Source: an uncultured Bacillales bacterium
Lineage (GTDB): Bacteria > Bacillota_I > Bacilli_A > RF39 > UBA660
DNA length: 64,000 nucleotides
Direction of reading: 5' to 3'
Assembly: GCA_946539445.1 (NCBI GenBank)
Contig: CAMNHK010000005.1
Location: forward strand, 1,025-65,024
The notes under the pieces are model-generated. The model did no database searches. It was not told where the DNA came from and saw nothing but the letters and a program-made list of their open reading frames with translations. Below are positions 46,029 to 53,659 of this stretch, one piece after another. The position numbers were made by a program, and so were the translations under genes. Every line of letters starts with the position of its first letter. Positions within the stretch are counted from its first letter, which is position 1.

Positions 46029-46180
46029 TCATTACACCTTTCTGGATTCACGATTCCTTCTATGACCCCGGCTATAAAGATAATCAAGGCCGCTATGGCA
46101 ACTCCAACCCATATTGGGGCGCTTGTTCCCCCTTTTATACTTTCTAGTGCTTCTGTATTTAAAACTCTAATGCTAATCAC
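46025..46180 (-). CDS. Double-glycine-leader bacteriocin-like peptide A (51-aa precursor)
   Basis: Hand translation: (GTG)MISIRVLNTEALESIKGG/TSAPIWVGVAIAALIIFIAGVIEGIVNPERCNE. GTG is the only possible start after an in-frame TAA. It overlaps the accessory-gene stop (GTGATTAG), and the SD is poor, suggesting translational coupling. Confidence 0.6.
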   Translation of the reverse strand: MISIRVLNTEALESIKGGTSAPIWVGVAIAALIIFIAGVIEGIVNPERCNE

Positions 46181-46601
46181 CTTCCCATATTATTTTAAAA
46201 ATTTTTATTAATTGTATATTATTTTTATGAATGGATATTTCTATCATATCCTGTATTTTATAGTCGGTTGATTTCTTTAAATGAATCCATAATTCTCGAT
46301 ATTCTTGATTCTTTTTTGTGACAATTTTACCTCTATCCTCTTCGATTTCAAAAGGTATTTTTTTGTTCTTTATATATAAATTTTTGTTTTGTTGAAATAA
46401 CTTTGCTTCTTCTTGATTCACAATAATTGCTGCTAAGTCCTTTCTAACTATTACTCCTCCTATTTTTTGAAATGTTTCGATTTTTATTTGAGTTAATAAA
46501 AAAATAGTAACTCCTTGTGATAGGATTAGTATTATAGCTAATAGTTGAATGAGGGATTGTCTTTCATAATTTCTAATTTTCATATACTCTCCCGTTGGCA
46601 A
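46173..46601 (-). CDS. Small single-TM protein, candidate minimal bacteriocin-export accessory factor
   Basis: N-terminal TM helix (LIQLLAIILILSQGVTIFLL) followed by a ~100-aa beta-rich domain. Sits between the C39-ABC exporter and the peptides, where an HlyD/LcnD-type protein usually lies, but is far shorter. Confidence 0.35.
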   Translation of the reverse strand: MPTGEYMKIRNYERQSLIQLLAIILILSQGVTIFLLTQIKIETFQKIGGVIVRKDLAAIIVNQEEAKLFQQNKNLYIKNKKIPFEIEEDRGKIVTKKNQEYRELWIHLKKSTDYKIQDMIEISIHKNNIQLIKIFKIIWEGD

Positions 46602-48645
46602 TTTTTATGGTTCGATCAAATAAAAACTGATTATTAAAGCGATGAGATATCACTATGATGGTCTTATCCGATAAATAGTTAAATATATTCTTTAGTATTT
46701 TCTTTTCCTTTGAAATGTCGATTCCTGTTAGTGCTTCATCTAAAATATAGATGTTACTTTTTTTGATGATACTTCTTGCGAGAATAATTCGTTGTCTTTC
46801 TCCATGACTATAATTAAAACCATTTTCTTCTATTACCATATCATACCCTGTGATTCCTTTTTTTAGTAGTTCATCTACATAACATATTTTACATACTGTT
46901 TGAAACTCTTCCTCTGAATATTCTTTAAATAATTCTATATTGTTTCTTAACGTATCCGTAAATAAATATTCATCACTTGTGACATAGGTAATATTCGAAC
47001 GAATATTTTCTAAATGATAATGATTGATATCAATATTAGAGATGGATATTATCCCATAGTCTACTTCTATGTATCGTAAAAGCATTTTCAATAATGTACT
47101 TTTCCCAATTCCACTACTTCCTGTTAATAAAATTTTACTTCCTTTTTTTATTTCTAAATTGAGGTTACGAAATAATACTTTACTGCCAATAGTATAATTT
47201 AAGTTTTTTATTCGAATATCCCCATCTAATTGATAAGGAAGATAGAAGTAGTTGTTTTGAAAATTATCTTCTTCTATCATAAATAATTCTTCCACTCTGT
47301 CTAGAGAGATTTTATAGGAATTGTATTCTTCTATCACCGCTAGAATATGATTGAAACAAGTTGAAAAGTATGAAAAAAAGGTTTGATATACAATGAGACT
47401 ACTTAATGTTAGTTCTTCTTGAATTACATAGAATGCTCCGATTCCATAAATACATACTAATACCCAATCATTTATATTATTTTTTAGATAATAGTAGATT
47501 TCTTCCCAGGTTGTCCATTGATATACTTTTTCTAAAAAGGAGCGATAGTTTAGAGAAAATTTATCAATCATCCTTTTTTCTAAATGACTGCCTTTCATCG
47601 TATCTACATTACTTATTCCTTGGATGATATAAGAATTAATTGTATCTTCTCCTTTCACTATTTCTTGTTTTTTTTGTTTTTTTCTCTTTTGAAAAACGAT
47701 GGTTAAAATCGTGATGACTCCAAAAAGAATCATTAGAATGATGGTTAATTCTTTTTGAAAACGAAATAAGAATATGAGAAAAATACCGGCATTTAAAATA
47801 TCGGTTGAGACTACACAAAATAGATTACTAATATAAGATCGAACTCTATTCAAATCTTTGAATCTAGAAACAACCTCTCCTGTTGTCCTATTTTTATAAT
47901 ATAAATATGGAAGTAAAAGAATTTGTTTATAAGTAAGAGTGGTTGTTTCATAGTCAAAGATCATAGTCCATTTATATAGTAAAATATTTCTTACGAAAAT
48001 ATTTGAATTTTTTAAAAGATAGAAACTAATCATCATGTAACTAAGAATGATTAAATTATTTTGATTATTATTATCTATTGAATATTCAAGAATGTATTTA
48101 AAATGAAATGAGGTTATTAAATTTATAATAAAATAAGAGAATGTTAATAGAACAATTAACCATAGTAATTTATGATTTGATTGAATTAGTTTTTTACTAT
48201 TCTGATAGATAATATTTTTCTTCTTCATGATGGGAAGTTTCTTGAATGGTTTTAATAATAAGTAGTTGGAACTTGATAATAGATGAAACTCTGAAAAAGA
48301 AATTGTTTTTTTCCCTTTTGATGGATCCATAATCGTTACTTTCTTTTTTCTTTTGTGTATTTCATAAATAACGACAAAATGATGAATATTTTTATGAATT
48401 ACAATATGAGCAATACAGGGTAAGTTATTTACTTCTATGTTTTCTAGTGATCCTGTAACGCCTATCGAATCCAAACCTATTCTTTTTGCTCCTTCCATTA
48501 AATTATAGAAGGAGGTACCTTCTTTTGTAGTATGGGTTATTTCTCTTAAAAATTCTTTCGATACTTCTCCTCCATAAAATCGAATAATTGATAAAAGACA
48601 ACAAATACCACAATCTTTTATTCCATCCTGTAGGACAATTTTCAC
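46573..48645 (-). CDS. Bacteriocin-processing ABC transporter with N-terminal C39 peptidase domain
   Basis: C39 motifs (QDGIKDCGICCL, HHFVVIYEI), 6-TM domain, Walker A GSSGIGKST, signature SHGERQR, Walker B IYILDEAL. GTG start with RBS AGGAGGTG. Confidence 0.85.
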   Translation of the reverse strand: MKIVLQDGIKDCGICCLLSIIRFYGGEVSKEFLREITHTTKEGTSFYNLMEGAKRIGLDSIGVTGSLENIEVNNLPCIAHIVIHKNIHHFVVIYEIHKRKKKVTIMDPSKGKKTISFSEFHLLSSSNYLLLKPFKKLPIMKKKNIIYQNSKKLIQSNHKLLWLIVLLTFSYFIINLITSFHFKYILEYSIDNNNQNNLIILSYMMISFYLLKNSNIFVRNILLYKWTMIFDYETTTLTYKQILLLPYLYYKNRTTGEVVSRFKDLNRVRSYISNLFCVVSTDILNAGIFLIFLFRFQKELTIILMILFGVITILTIVFQKRKKQKKQEIVKGEDTINSYIIQGISNVDTMKGSHLEKRMIDKFSLNYRSFLEKVYQWTTWEEIYYYLKNNINDWVLVCIYGIGAFYVIQEELTLSSLIVYQTFFSYFSTCFNHILAVIEEYNSYKISLDRVEELFMIEEDNFQNNYFYLPYQLDGDIRIKNLNYTIGSKVLFRNLNLEIKKGSKILLTGSSGIGKSTLLKMLLRYIEVDYGIISISNIDINHYHLENIRSNITYVTSDEYLFTDTLRNNIELFKEYSEEEFQTVCKICYVDELLKKGITGYDMVIEENGFNYSHGERQRIILARSIIKKSNIYILDEALTGIDISKEKKILKNIFNYLSDKTIIVISHRFNNQFLFDRTIKIANGRVYEN

Positions 48646-48689
48646 TTATAATTCTTTCACCTCCTACTAGATTATTCTCTTTATTTTGA

Positions 48690-48727
48690 AAAAAAAACAA
48701 AAAAAAGAAGAGAAAACTCTTCTTTTT
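48690..48727 (-). terminator. Terminator after the 48851..49534 gene
   Basis: AAGAAGAG-AAAA-CTCTTCTT hairpin flanked by long A/T runs. Structurally bidirectional. Confidence 0.65.
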
Positions 48728-48850
48728 GGGATAAACTCTTAACCAAACGCGTGATAATGATTAAAAATTATAGAAAACAAAATTATCTATATTTCCATCC
48801 CATTATCATTTTAGCATATTTTCTTTTTAATATCAATGGTTGGTAATCTC

Positions 48851-49534
48851 TTACTTGTTCTTCTTTTTTAGAACTACGAAAGTAAAAGTTAAAATAGATA
48901 GTAAAACTCCGATTAATACACCAAATACAATAGGAATTAAGAAACTTCCTTTGTCTTTGTCTTTTTCTTTTGTTTTGTCTAACGCATTTGGCGTTTCTAC
49001 TTCCTCTTCTTCTACTTCCGTTTTTGTTTCTGGTTCATAGGCTGAATCTGCTTCTTGATTATCTTCATTATTGTTTATTGTTATTTCCTCTGCTGCTTCT
49101 TCCACTTCCGTTCCTTCTCTATATATATTTTGAGAAGGGATAATTAGGGCACTTCCTGTAAATGATTCATAAGCCAAAGGCTTAGGAGCTTTAATGCTTA
49201 AAGATCCATTTCCTGTAAATGTTACTTTGCTTGAAATATCAATTCCGACATCAGAGGCAGTTATAGAGTTTTCTCCTTCTAATTCTATAATAAATACCAT
49301 ATCGGATTGTCCTGTTCCATAGCAAACTAATTGTAAGCCTGTTCCATTATAGTTGTTCAATTTTAAAGTAACTGTTTTCCCATCTTTTTCTAGACTGGCA
49401 GTACCAGCTTGGTTTGGTTGTCCAACATTGATGTGTTCCTCTCCTGATACCCATTCATATGGTACACTTGCTGCTTGGGCATATGGTAGTAAAAGTCCTA
49501 ATACTAATATTAATAATCCTTTTAATTTTTTCAC
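48851..49534 (-). CDS. Secreted protein with C-terminal membrane anchor, unknown function
   Basis: Signal peptide (LLPYAQA/AS), acidic linker, C-terminal TM helix plus KKKNK tail. No LPXTG. Confidence 0.45.
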   Translation of the reverse strand: MKKLKGLLILVLGLLLPYAQAASVPYEWVSGEEHINVGQPNQAGTASLEKDGKTVTLKLNNYNGTGLQLVCYGTGQSDMVFIIELEGENSITASDVGIDISSKVTFTGNGSLSIKAPKPLAYESFTGSALIIPSQNIYREGTEVEEAAEEITINNNEDNQEADSAYEPETKTEVEEEEVETPNALDKTKEKDKDKGSFLIPIVFGVLIGVLLSILTFTFVVLKKKNK

Positions 49535-49589
49535 TTATTTTCACCTCTATTTTCATTTTATCATAAATCAATATAAATTCAATTAGAAA

Positions 49590-49613
49590 TAAAAAAAAGA
49601 CTTTAAAAGTCTT
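49590..49613 (-). terminator. Terminator after tRNA-Ala
   Basis: Minus strand: AAGACTT-loop-AAGTCTT hairpin followed by T8. Confidence 0.6.
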
Positions 49614-49625
49614 CTCATTTCTTAA

Positions 49626-49701
49626 TGGTGGAGCATAGGAGGATCGAACTCCTGACCTCCACGGTGCAAACGTGGCGCTCTCCCAGCTGAGCTAATGCCC
49701 C
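49626..49701 (-). tRNA. tRNA-Ala (anticodon UGC), CCA encoded
   Basis: Minus strand: GGGGCATTAGCTCAGCTGGGAGAGCGCCACGTTTGCACCGTGGAGGTCAGGAGTTCGATCCTCCTATGCTCCACCA. Folds as a cloverleaf, has the G3:U70 alanine identity pair, and the anticodon loop is TTTGCAC. Confidence 0.9.
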
Positions 49702-49773
49702 AAAAACTAACTTTTTCTCACAGCCAGTAATTGAATTATAGCAAAGCCAGTTCGTAAAGTCAACTATTTTTTA

Positions 49774-50511
49774 TTAGTTTTCAAACTTTTTGCGCAAATA
49801 CTCTTCTTCTAGATAATAGTTTTTATCTTGTTCAATTATATGTTTTTTTCCCCGAAAAAAATGGTTCCTATTATGAATAATCTTTGTTTTTTTATAATTA
49901 TATTTATGAAGATATCGTTCTAATAGAAATTTATGATAAATTCTTTCTGTTTTTTGTTGTTCTTTAAAAATGATGATTCCTAATACAATCGTTAAAATCC
50001 AGATGTTTCCTAGTTTATTTGGATGATTCCATAAAAGAAAAAGAATCATACTATAACTTATCATAATAACGATTTTGAAACTTATTTTGAAGGGAAGAAT
50101 TCTCTCTATCAAAATCTTTATCATTTTACCACCATCTAATGGATAAATCGGTAGTAAATTAAAAATCAAAATACTTTCATGATAGAGTTTAATCATTGCT
50201 TGTTTTTCTGGAAAAAGATTTATTAAGAGATAATAAGCAATTGTCTGAAAAAATGGACCAAACCAAAGTATAATCCATTCTTTCCAAGCTTCGATATTAT
50301 AATCCATTACTAGTTTGGAAATTCCTCCTACTGGATATATTTCAACTTCTTGAACGGGTATATGAAAAAAATGGGCTGCTAGACAATGTCCTATCTCGTG
50401 AATTCCTATTAATGAATAAATTACTATGATTTGATAAAAAGATCCTGTTAGAACGGATACTAAGGCAAATAAATAAGTGCTTATATGTATTTTACATATA
50501 CTGCTTATAAT
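49774..50511 (-). CDS. spoIVFB: Site-2 (M50) intramembrane metalloprotease, SpoIVFB-like; probable non-canonical ATT start
   Basis: NLLPIYPLDGG in the track ORF. The HEIGH motif and first TM helix (KIHISTYLFALVSVLTG...IGIHEIGH) lie in the same frame upstream of the first ATG. The frame opens right after a TAG, with ATT at 50511 and GGAGAG 7 nt upstream. Confidence 0.7.
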   Translation of the reverse strand: MISSICKIHISTYLFALVSVLTGSFYQIIVIYSLIGIHEIGHCLAAHFFHIPVQEVEIYPVGGISKLVMDYNIEAWKEWIILWFGPFFQTIAYYLLINLFPEKQAMIKLYHESILIFNLLPIYPLDGGKMIKILIERILPFKISFKIVIMISYSMILFLLWNHPNKLGNIWILTIVLGIIIFKEQQKTERIYHKFLLERYLHKYNYKKTKIIHNRNHFFRGKKHIIEQDKNYYLEEEYLRKKFEN

Positions 50512-51037
50512 CTAGATACTCTCCATTCTTTTGAAATGTTAGATATAAATAGTCTTCCTCCATCGAACCTATTATTTCGCCTTTTTCTACATAGTCATAT
50601 AGTTTTTTTGAGGAGTTTATGTTTTGATAGGCAACTTCTACTCCATTTACTTGTTCTACAATCATCATATGGTTTTTCAAATATACAATTACTCCTGTTT
50701 CTAAACTAGATACAGGACTTGATATTCCTAGTTTTATACGTACTCCTTCTCCACTTTCTTCGATATTTTGAAATCCGGTTTCTTCCGATAAAACTGGTTC
50801 TAGTGAGGTGTTTCCTATGGATAATACATTTCCAAAATATTGGTTATATAATTTACTTATAGAAGGAAATGATAGACTTCTTTCGTATAATACTTTGTGA
50901 AACGTTTCTTTGTATTTTTCTTGCTCTTTTACTAAGATCATACCTACTAATAAAATAATAATGGATATTAAACATTTACTAAAAAAAATTTTAATTTTTG
51001 GTTTTAATACTAGTCTTTTTTCTATTCTTTTATTCAT
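50492..51037 (-). CDS. spoIVFA: SpoIVFA-like protein (TM helix plus degenerate LytM/M23 domain)
   Basis: N-terminal TM helix. C-terminal M23-like fold pattern without the catalytic His residues. Position between mreD and spoIVFB as in Bacillus. Confidence 0.6.
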   Translation of the reverse strand: MNKRIEKRLVLKPKIKIFFSKCLISIIILLVGMILVKEQEKYKETFHKVLYERSLSFPSISKLYNQYFGNVLSIGNTSLEPVLSEETGFQNIEESGEGVRIKLGISSPVSSLETGVIVYLKNHMMIVEQVNGVEVAYQNINSSKKLYDYVEKGEIIGSMEEDYLYLTFQKNGEYLDYKQYM

Positions 51038-51081
51038 ATAATTCTCCTTACTTCAATATATGAATAAAAAAAATAAGTATG

Positions 51082-51588
51082 TTAATTTATACTTATTTTT
51101 TTATATTTTTTGGGAATCCATTTCATAATCAAATAAATGATTTCTGTATAAAGAATATTTAAAATCAGACTATGCATTATTTTATAAATAACTTTTGGTA
51201 TGGTAATTGGTACCATTTGAAATATCCACAAGATTAGTGCATAACAAGATTCATATAAGATAATAATTATCGCAATATATAAAATGTTTCTAATAAAAGT
51301 TATTTCGTAATTCTTATAGATCCATTTCGTAAAGATTGCAATTGCTAAAAATAATACTCCATTTAGAAATAAAAGATTGGTATAAAACAAATCATATAAG
51401 AGGCCTATTATAAAGGCAATCCAATAATACTTTTTCTCTTGTTTTCGAAAAAATGGATAAATAATAAAAATGGATACTAAGGTTAATAAAGGAGTAAAGA
51501 GTGATAATTGATTTACTAAAAATGGTAAATAGTTTGTTAGAATTCCATCCAAAAGAAATGACACTATTACAATGATAATTGGGATCAT
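51082..51588 (-). CDS. mreD: Rod shape-determining protein MreD
   Basis: 168-aa protein with about 5 TM helices, overlapping the mreC stop. Confidence 0.75.
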   Translation of the reverse strand: MIPIIIVIVSFLLDGILTNYLPFLVNQLSLFTPLLTLVSIFIIYPFFRKQEKKYYWIAFIIGLLYDLFYTNLLFLNGVLFLAIAIFTKWIYKNYEITFIRNILYIAIIIILYESCYALILWIFQMVPITIPKVIYKIMHSLILNILYTEIIYLIMKWIPKKYKKISIN

Positions 51589-52388
51589 GCTTTCACCTTC
51601 AATACGGTGACATAGTGTATATCATTAAAGTTTTGATAGGTTTTTATATAAAGAGTTTTACTCAAATTGTATTTATCATTCTCTATCTCTTCTACGGTAC
51701 CTATATATATTCCTCCTGGGAATTTCTCTCCTAATCCACTAGTAAGTACAACATCTCCTCGAATAATTTCGGTTGTTTTATCAATTCCTGTAACTTTCAA
51801 TAAACCTGTTTCTTTATCATATCCATTCAAGATAGCATAGTGGTCGATTTCATTTGTTTTGATTGCTACACTTACTTTAAAATGTATATCATCTGAAGTA
51901 ATTAACTTTACTTCACTAGAATTATCCGATACTTTTGATATCTTCCCTACTAAACCATTTTTGGTAATCACTGCCATATTGGTCTCTATTCCAGAGGAAG
52001 AACCTTTATCAATCGTGATGGTATTAAACCAGTAACTTTTATTTCGCGATAGAATCGTTGCATTAATAGGAGTATACTCTGTTAGAGTCTTATTTAATTC
52101 TAGAGATTCCTTTAATTCTTGTATTTCTTTTTCAAGAGATGAATTCACGTTTTTTTGAATCAAGTAACTTTCCGTTTGTGTTTGATTTTTTTCTTTATTT
52201 AAAGATGTAAAAGGAGCCATTACGATTTTATTGACCATCATCGTAACGTCTTTTAAAATGTTTTCTACTCTTCCTACTTTACGATTGGTTGCAAGCATCG
52301 AGATCCCTAGCAACATAATAATCAAAATAGGGCTTAGAAATAGCAAAACCTTCTTATTTTTTCTTTTGGATTTATACATCTTCATCAT
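51585..52388 (-). CDS. mreC: Rod shape-determining protein MreC
   Basis: N-terminal TM helix, coiled coil and beta-barrel domains (GLVGKISKV...GDVVLTSGLGEKFPGGIYIG). Confidence 0.85.
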   Translation of the reverse strand: MMKMYKSKRKNKKVLLFLSPILIIMLLGISMLATNRKVGRVENILKDVTMMVNKIVMAPFTSLNKEKNQTQTESYLIQKNVNSSLEKEIQELKESLELNKTLTEYTPINATILSRNKSYWFNTITIDKGSSSGIETNMAVITKNGLVGKISKVSDNSSEVKLITSDDIHFKVSVAIKTNEIDHYAILNGYDKETGLLKVTGIDKTTEIIRGDVVLTSGLGEKFPGGIYIGTVEEIENDKYNLSKTLYIKTYQNFNDIHYVTVLKVKA

Positions 52389-52435
52389 CTCAATTCTATT
52401 ATAGTATATTTTTTTTTCGGATACAATTATTGATT

Positions 52436-53110
52436 CTATAATTTATGATCATAAAAACTATAAAATCCGTTTTCTCCTACAATAATATGATCCACTACTG
52501 GAATTCCTTGTATTTCTCCTGTTTGAAATAAATGGTTTGTAAATTCCTGATCTGCTTGACTAGGAGTTGTATCGTTCGATGGATGATTGTGCAAACAAAC
52601 AATATAAGAAGCACTTACTTGATAAGCTTGACGAAATATCTCTCTGGTATGAGTACTTGCTTGATTGATGGTTCCAATAAAGATTCTCTTTCTTAGAATC
52701 AATTGTTGTTTGTGATTAAAATAATATCCATAAAAATATTCTTGCTTTAATCCCCAAAACCAATACTTGGCATCTTCCCAAATTTGTTTTGGATTATCCA
52801 TTTTTACGAGTTCTTTTGAATGACGTAGAAAAATCCTTTTCCCCATTTCTATTGAAGCTAATAATTCAATTGCTTTTACTTCTCCTATTCCTTTTATTTT
52901 CATTAAGTCATAGATACTTATTTCTTGTAATTCTTCCCATGAATATTTTTTTAGTAATTCTGTTGCGAGGGAAAATACATTTTTATCTTTCGTCCCTGTT
53001 TTTAAAATAATGGATAATACTTCTATATCGGAAAGGTTTTCTCCCCCTACTTCTTTTAATCTTTCCCTTGGACGTTCTGATAATGGAATTTCCTTCATTT
53101 TGTAGCTCAT
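52436..53110 (-). CDS. radC: RadC-like JAB domain protein
   Basis: HhH region (ELLASIEMGKR) and JAMM motif HNHPS...PSQAD. Confidence 0.85.
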   Translation of the reverse strand: MSYKMKEIPLSERPRERLKEVGGENLSDIEVLSIILKTGTKDKNVFSLATELLKKYSWEELQEISIYDLMKIKGIGEVKAIELLASIEMGKRIFLRHSKELVKMDNPKQIWEDAKYWFWGLKQEYFYGYYFNHKQQLILRKRIFIGTINQASTHTREIFRQAYQVSASYIVCLHNHPSNDTTPSQADQEFTNHLFQTGEIQGIPVVDHIIVGENGFYSFYDHKL

Positions 53111-53136
53111 TCTATCCCTTTTTATTATTCTCCTTT

Positions 53137-53589
53137 TTAGGAATTTTTACTACTTCTTTTTATCATTTCTTCATAACTTGCTAGAACCACTTCTTCAATT
53201 GTTAAGATTTGTTCTTCTTCCTCTGTGTCTTTAATCAATAAGTCAAATTGATCCACATTGGTTGAGAATTCTTCAGAAGATAAAACTCGCTGTACTGGAT
53301 AAATAGAGAATCCTTTTTTTTCATATATTTTTTGAATCTTTTCCGCTATGTCTTTGTCTTTTGTTATTCCTACATAGACGTAGTATTTATTATCTCTTTT
53401 ATCAATGATCTTTTTCGATATTTTGACTAAAGATTTTTTTAAAGTGTCTTCATCGGAATATATTCCTTCTTGAAGAAAAAAATAAGTTGCGGTATTTTTC
53501 TTCCCTATTGGGAGATTGGTAAGAATCCCTTTTCCAAATCCAAAACTTACTGTCAATAAGATTATCAGTCCTACGATTCCTTTTTTCAT
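53137..53589 (-). CDS. Membrane-anchored SPOR-like domain protein (SpoIIB position)
   Basis: TM helix followed by YFFLQEGIYSDEDT...YYVYVGITKDKDIAEKIQKIYEKKGF, resembling a SPOR repeat. Lies upstream of radC, where B. subtilis has spoIIB-maf. Confidence 0.45.
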   Translation of the reverse strand: MKKGIVGLIILLTVSFGFGKGILTNLPIGKKNTATYFFLQEGIYSDEDTLKKSLVKISKKIIDKRDNKYYVYVGITKDKDIAEKIQKIYEKKGFSIYPVQRVLSSEEFSTNVDQFDLLIKDTEEEEQILTIEEVVLASYEEMIKRSSKNS

Positions 53590-53659
53590 AGTATCACCAT
53601 GTTTACTATATCAAGTGTTTTCCACTGTTTTTGTCGAAAAAAAAGAATACCAGATGGTA

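Noticed and set aside
45880-46032. Alternative ATG four nt upstream of the peptide B start, in another frame (MNETNKERISKSNKGWNQYHNRNHFKCF...)
   Set aside because: It has no double-glycine leader or hydrophobic mature region, and its SD spacing is worse. The adjacent frame gives a textbook GG-leader peptide.
48503-48700. 65-aa ORF overlapping the 5' end of the C39-ABC transporter gene
   Set aside because: It is out of frame with the well-supported transporter start (GTG at 48645 with AGGAGGTG) and would run through the upstream terminator. No bacteriocin-like leader is present.
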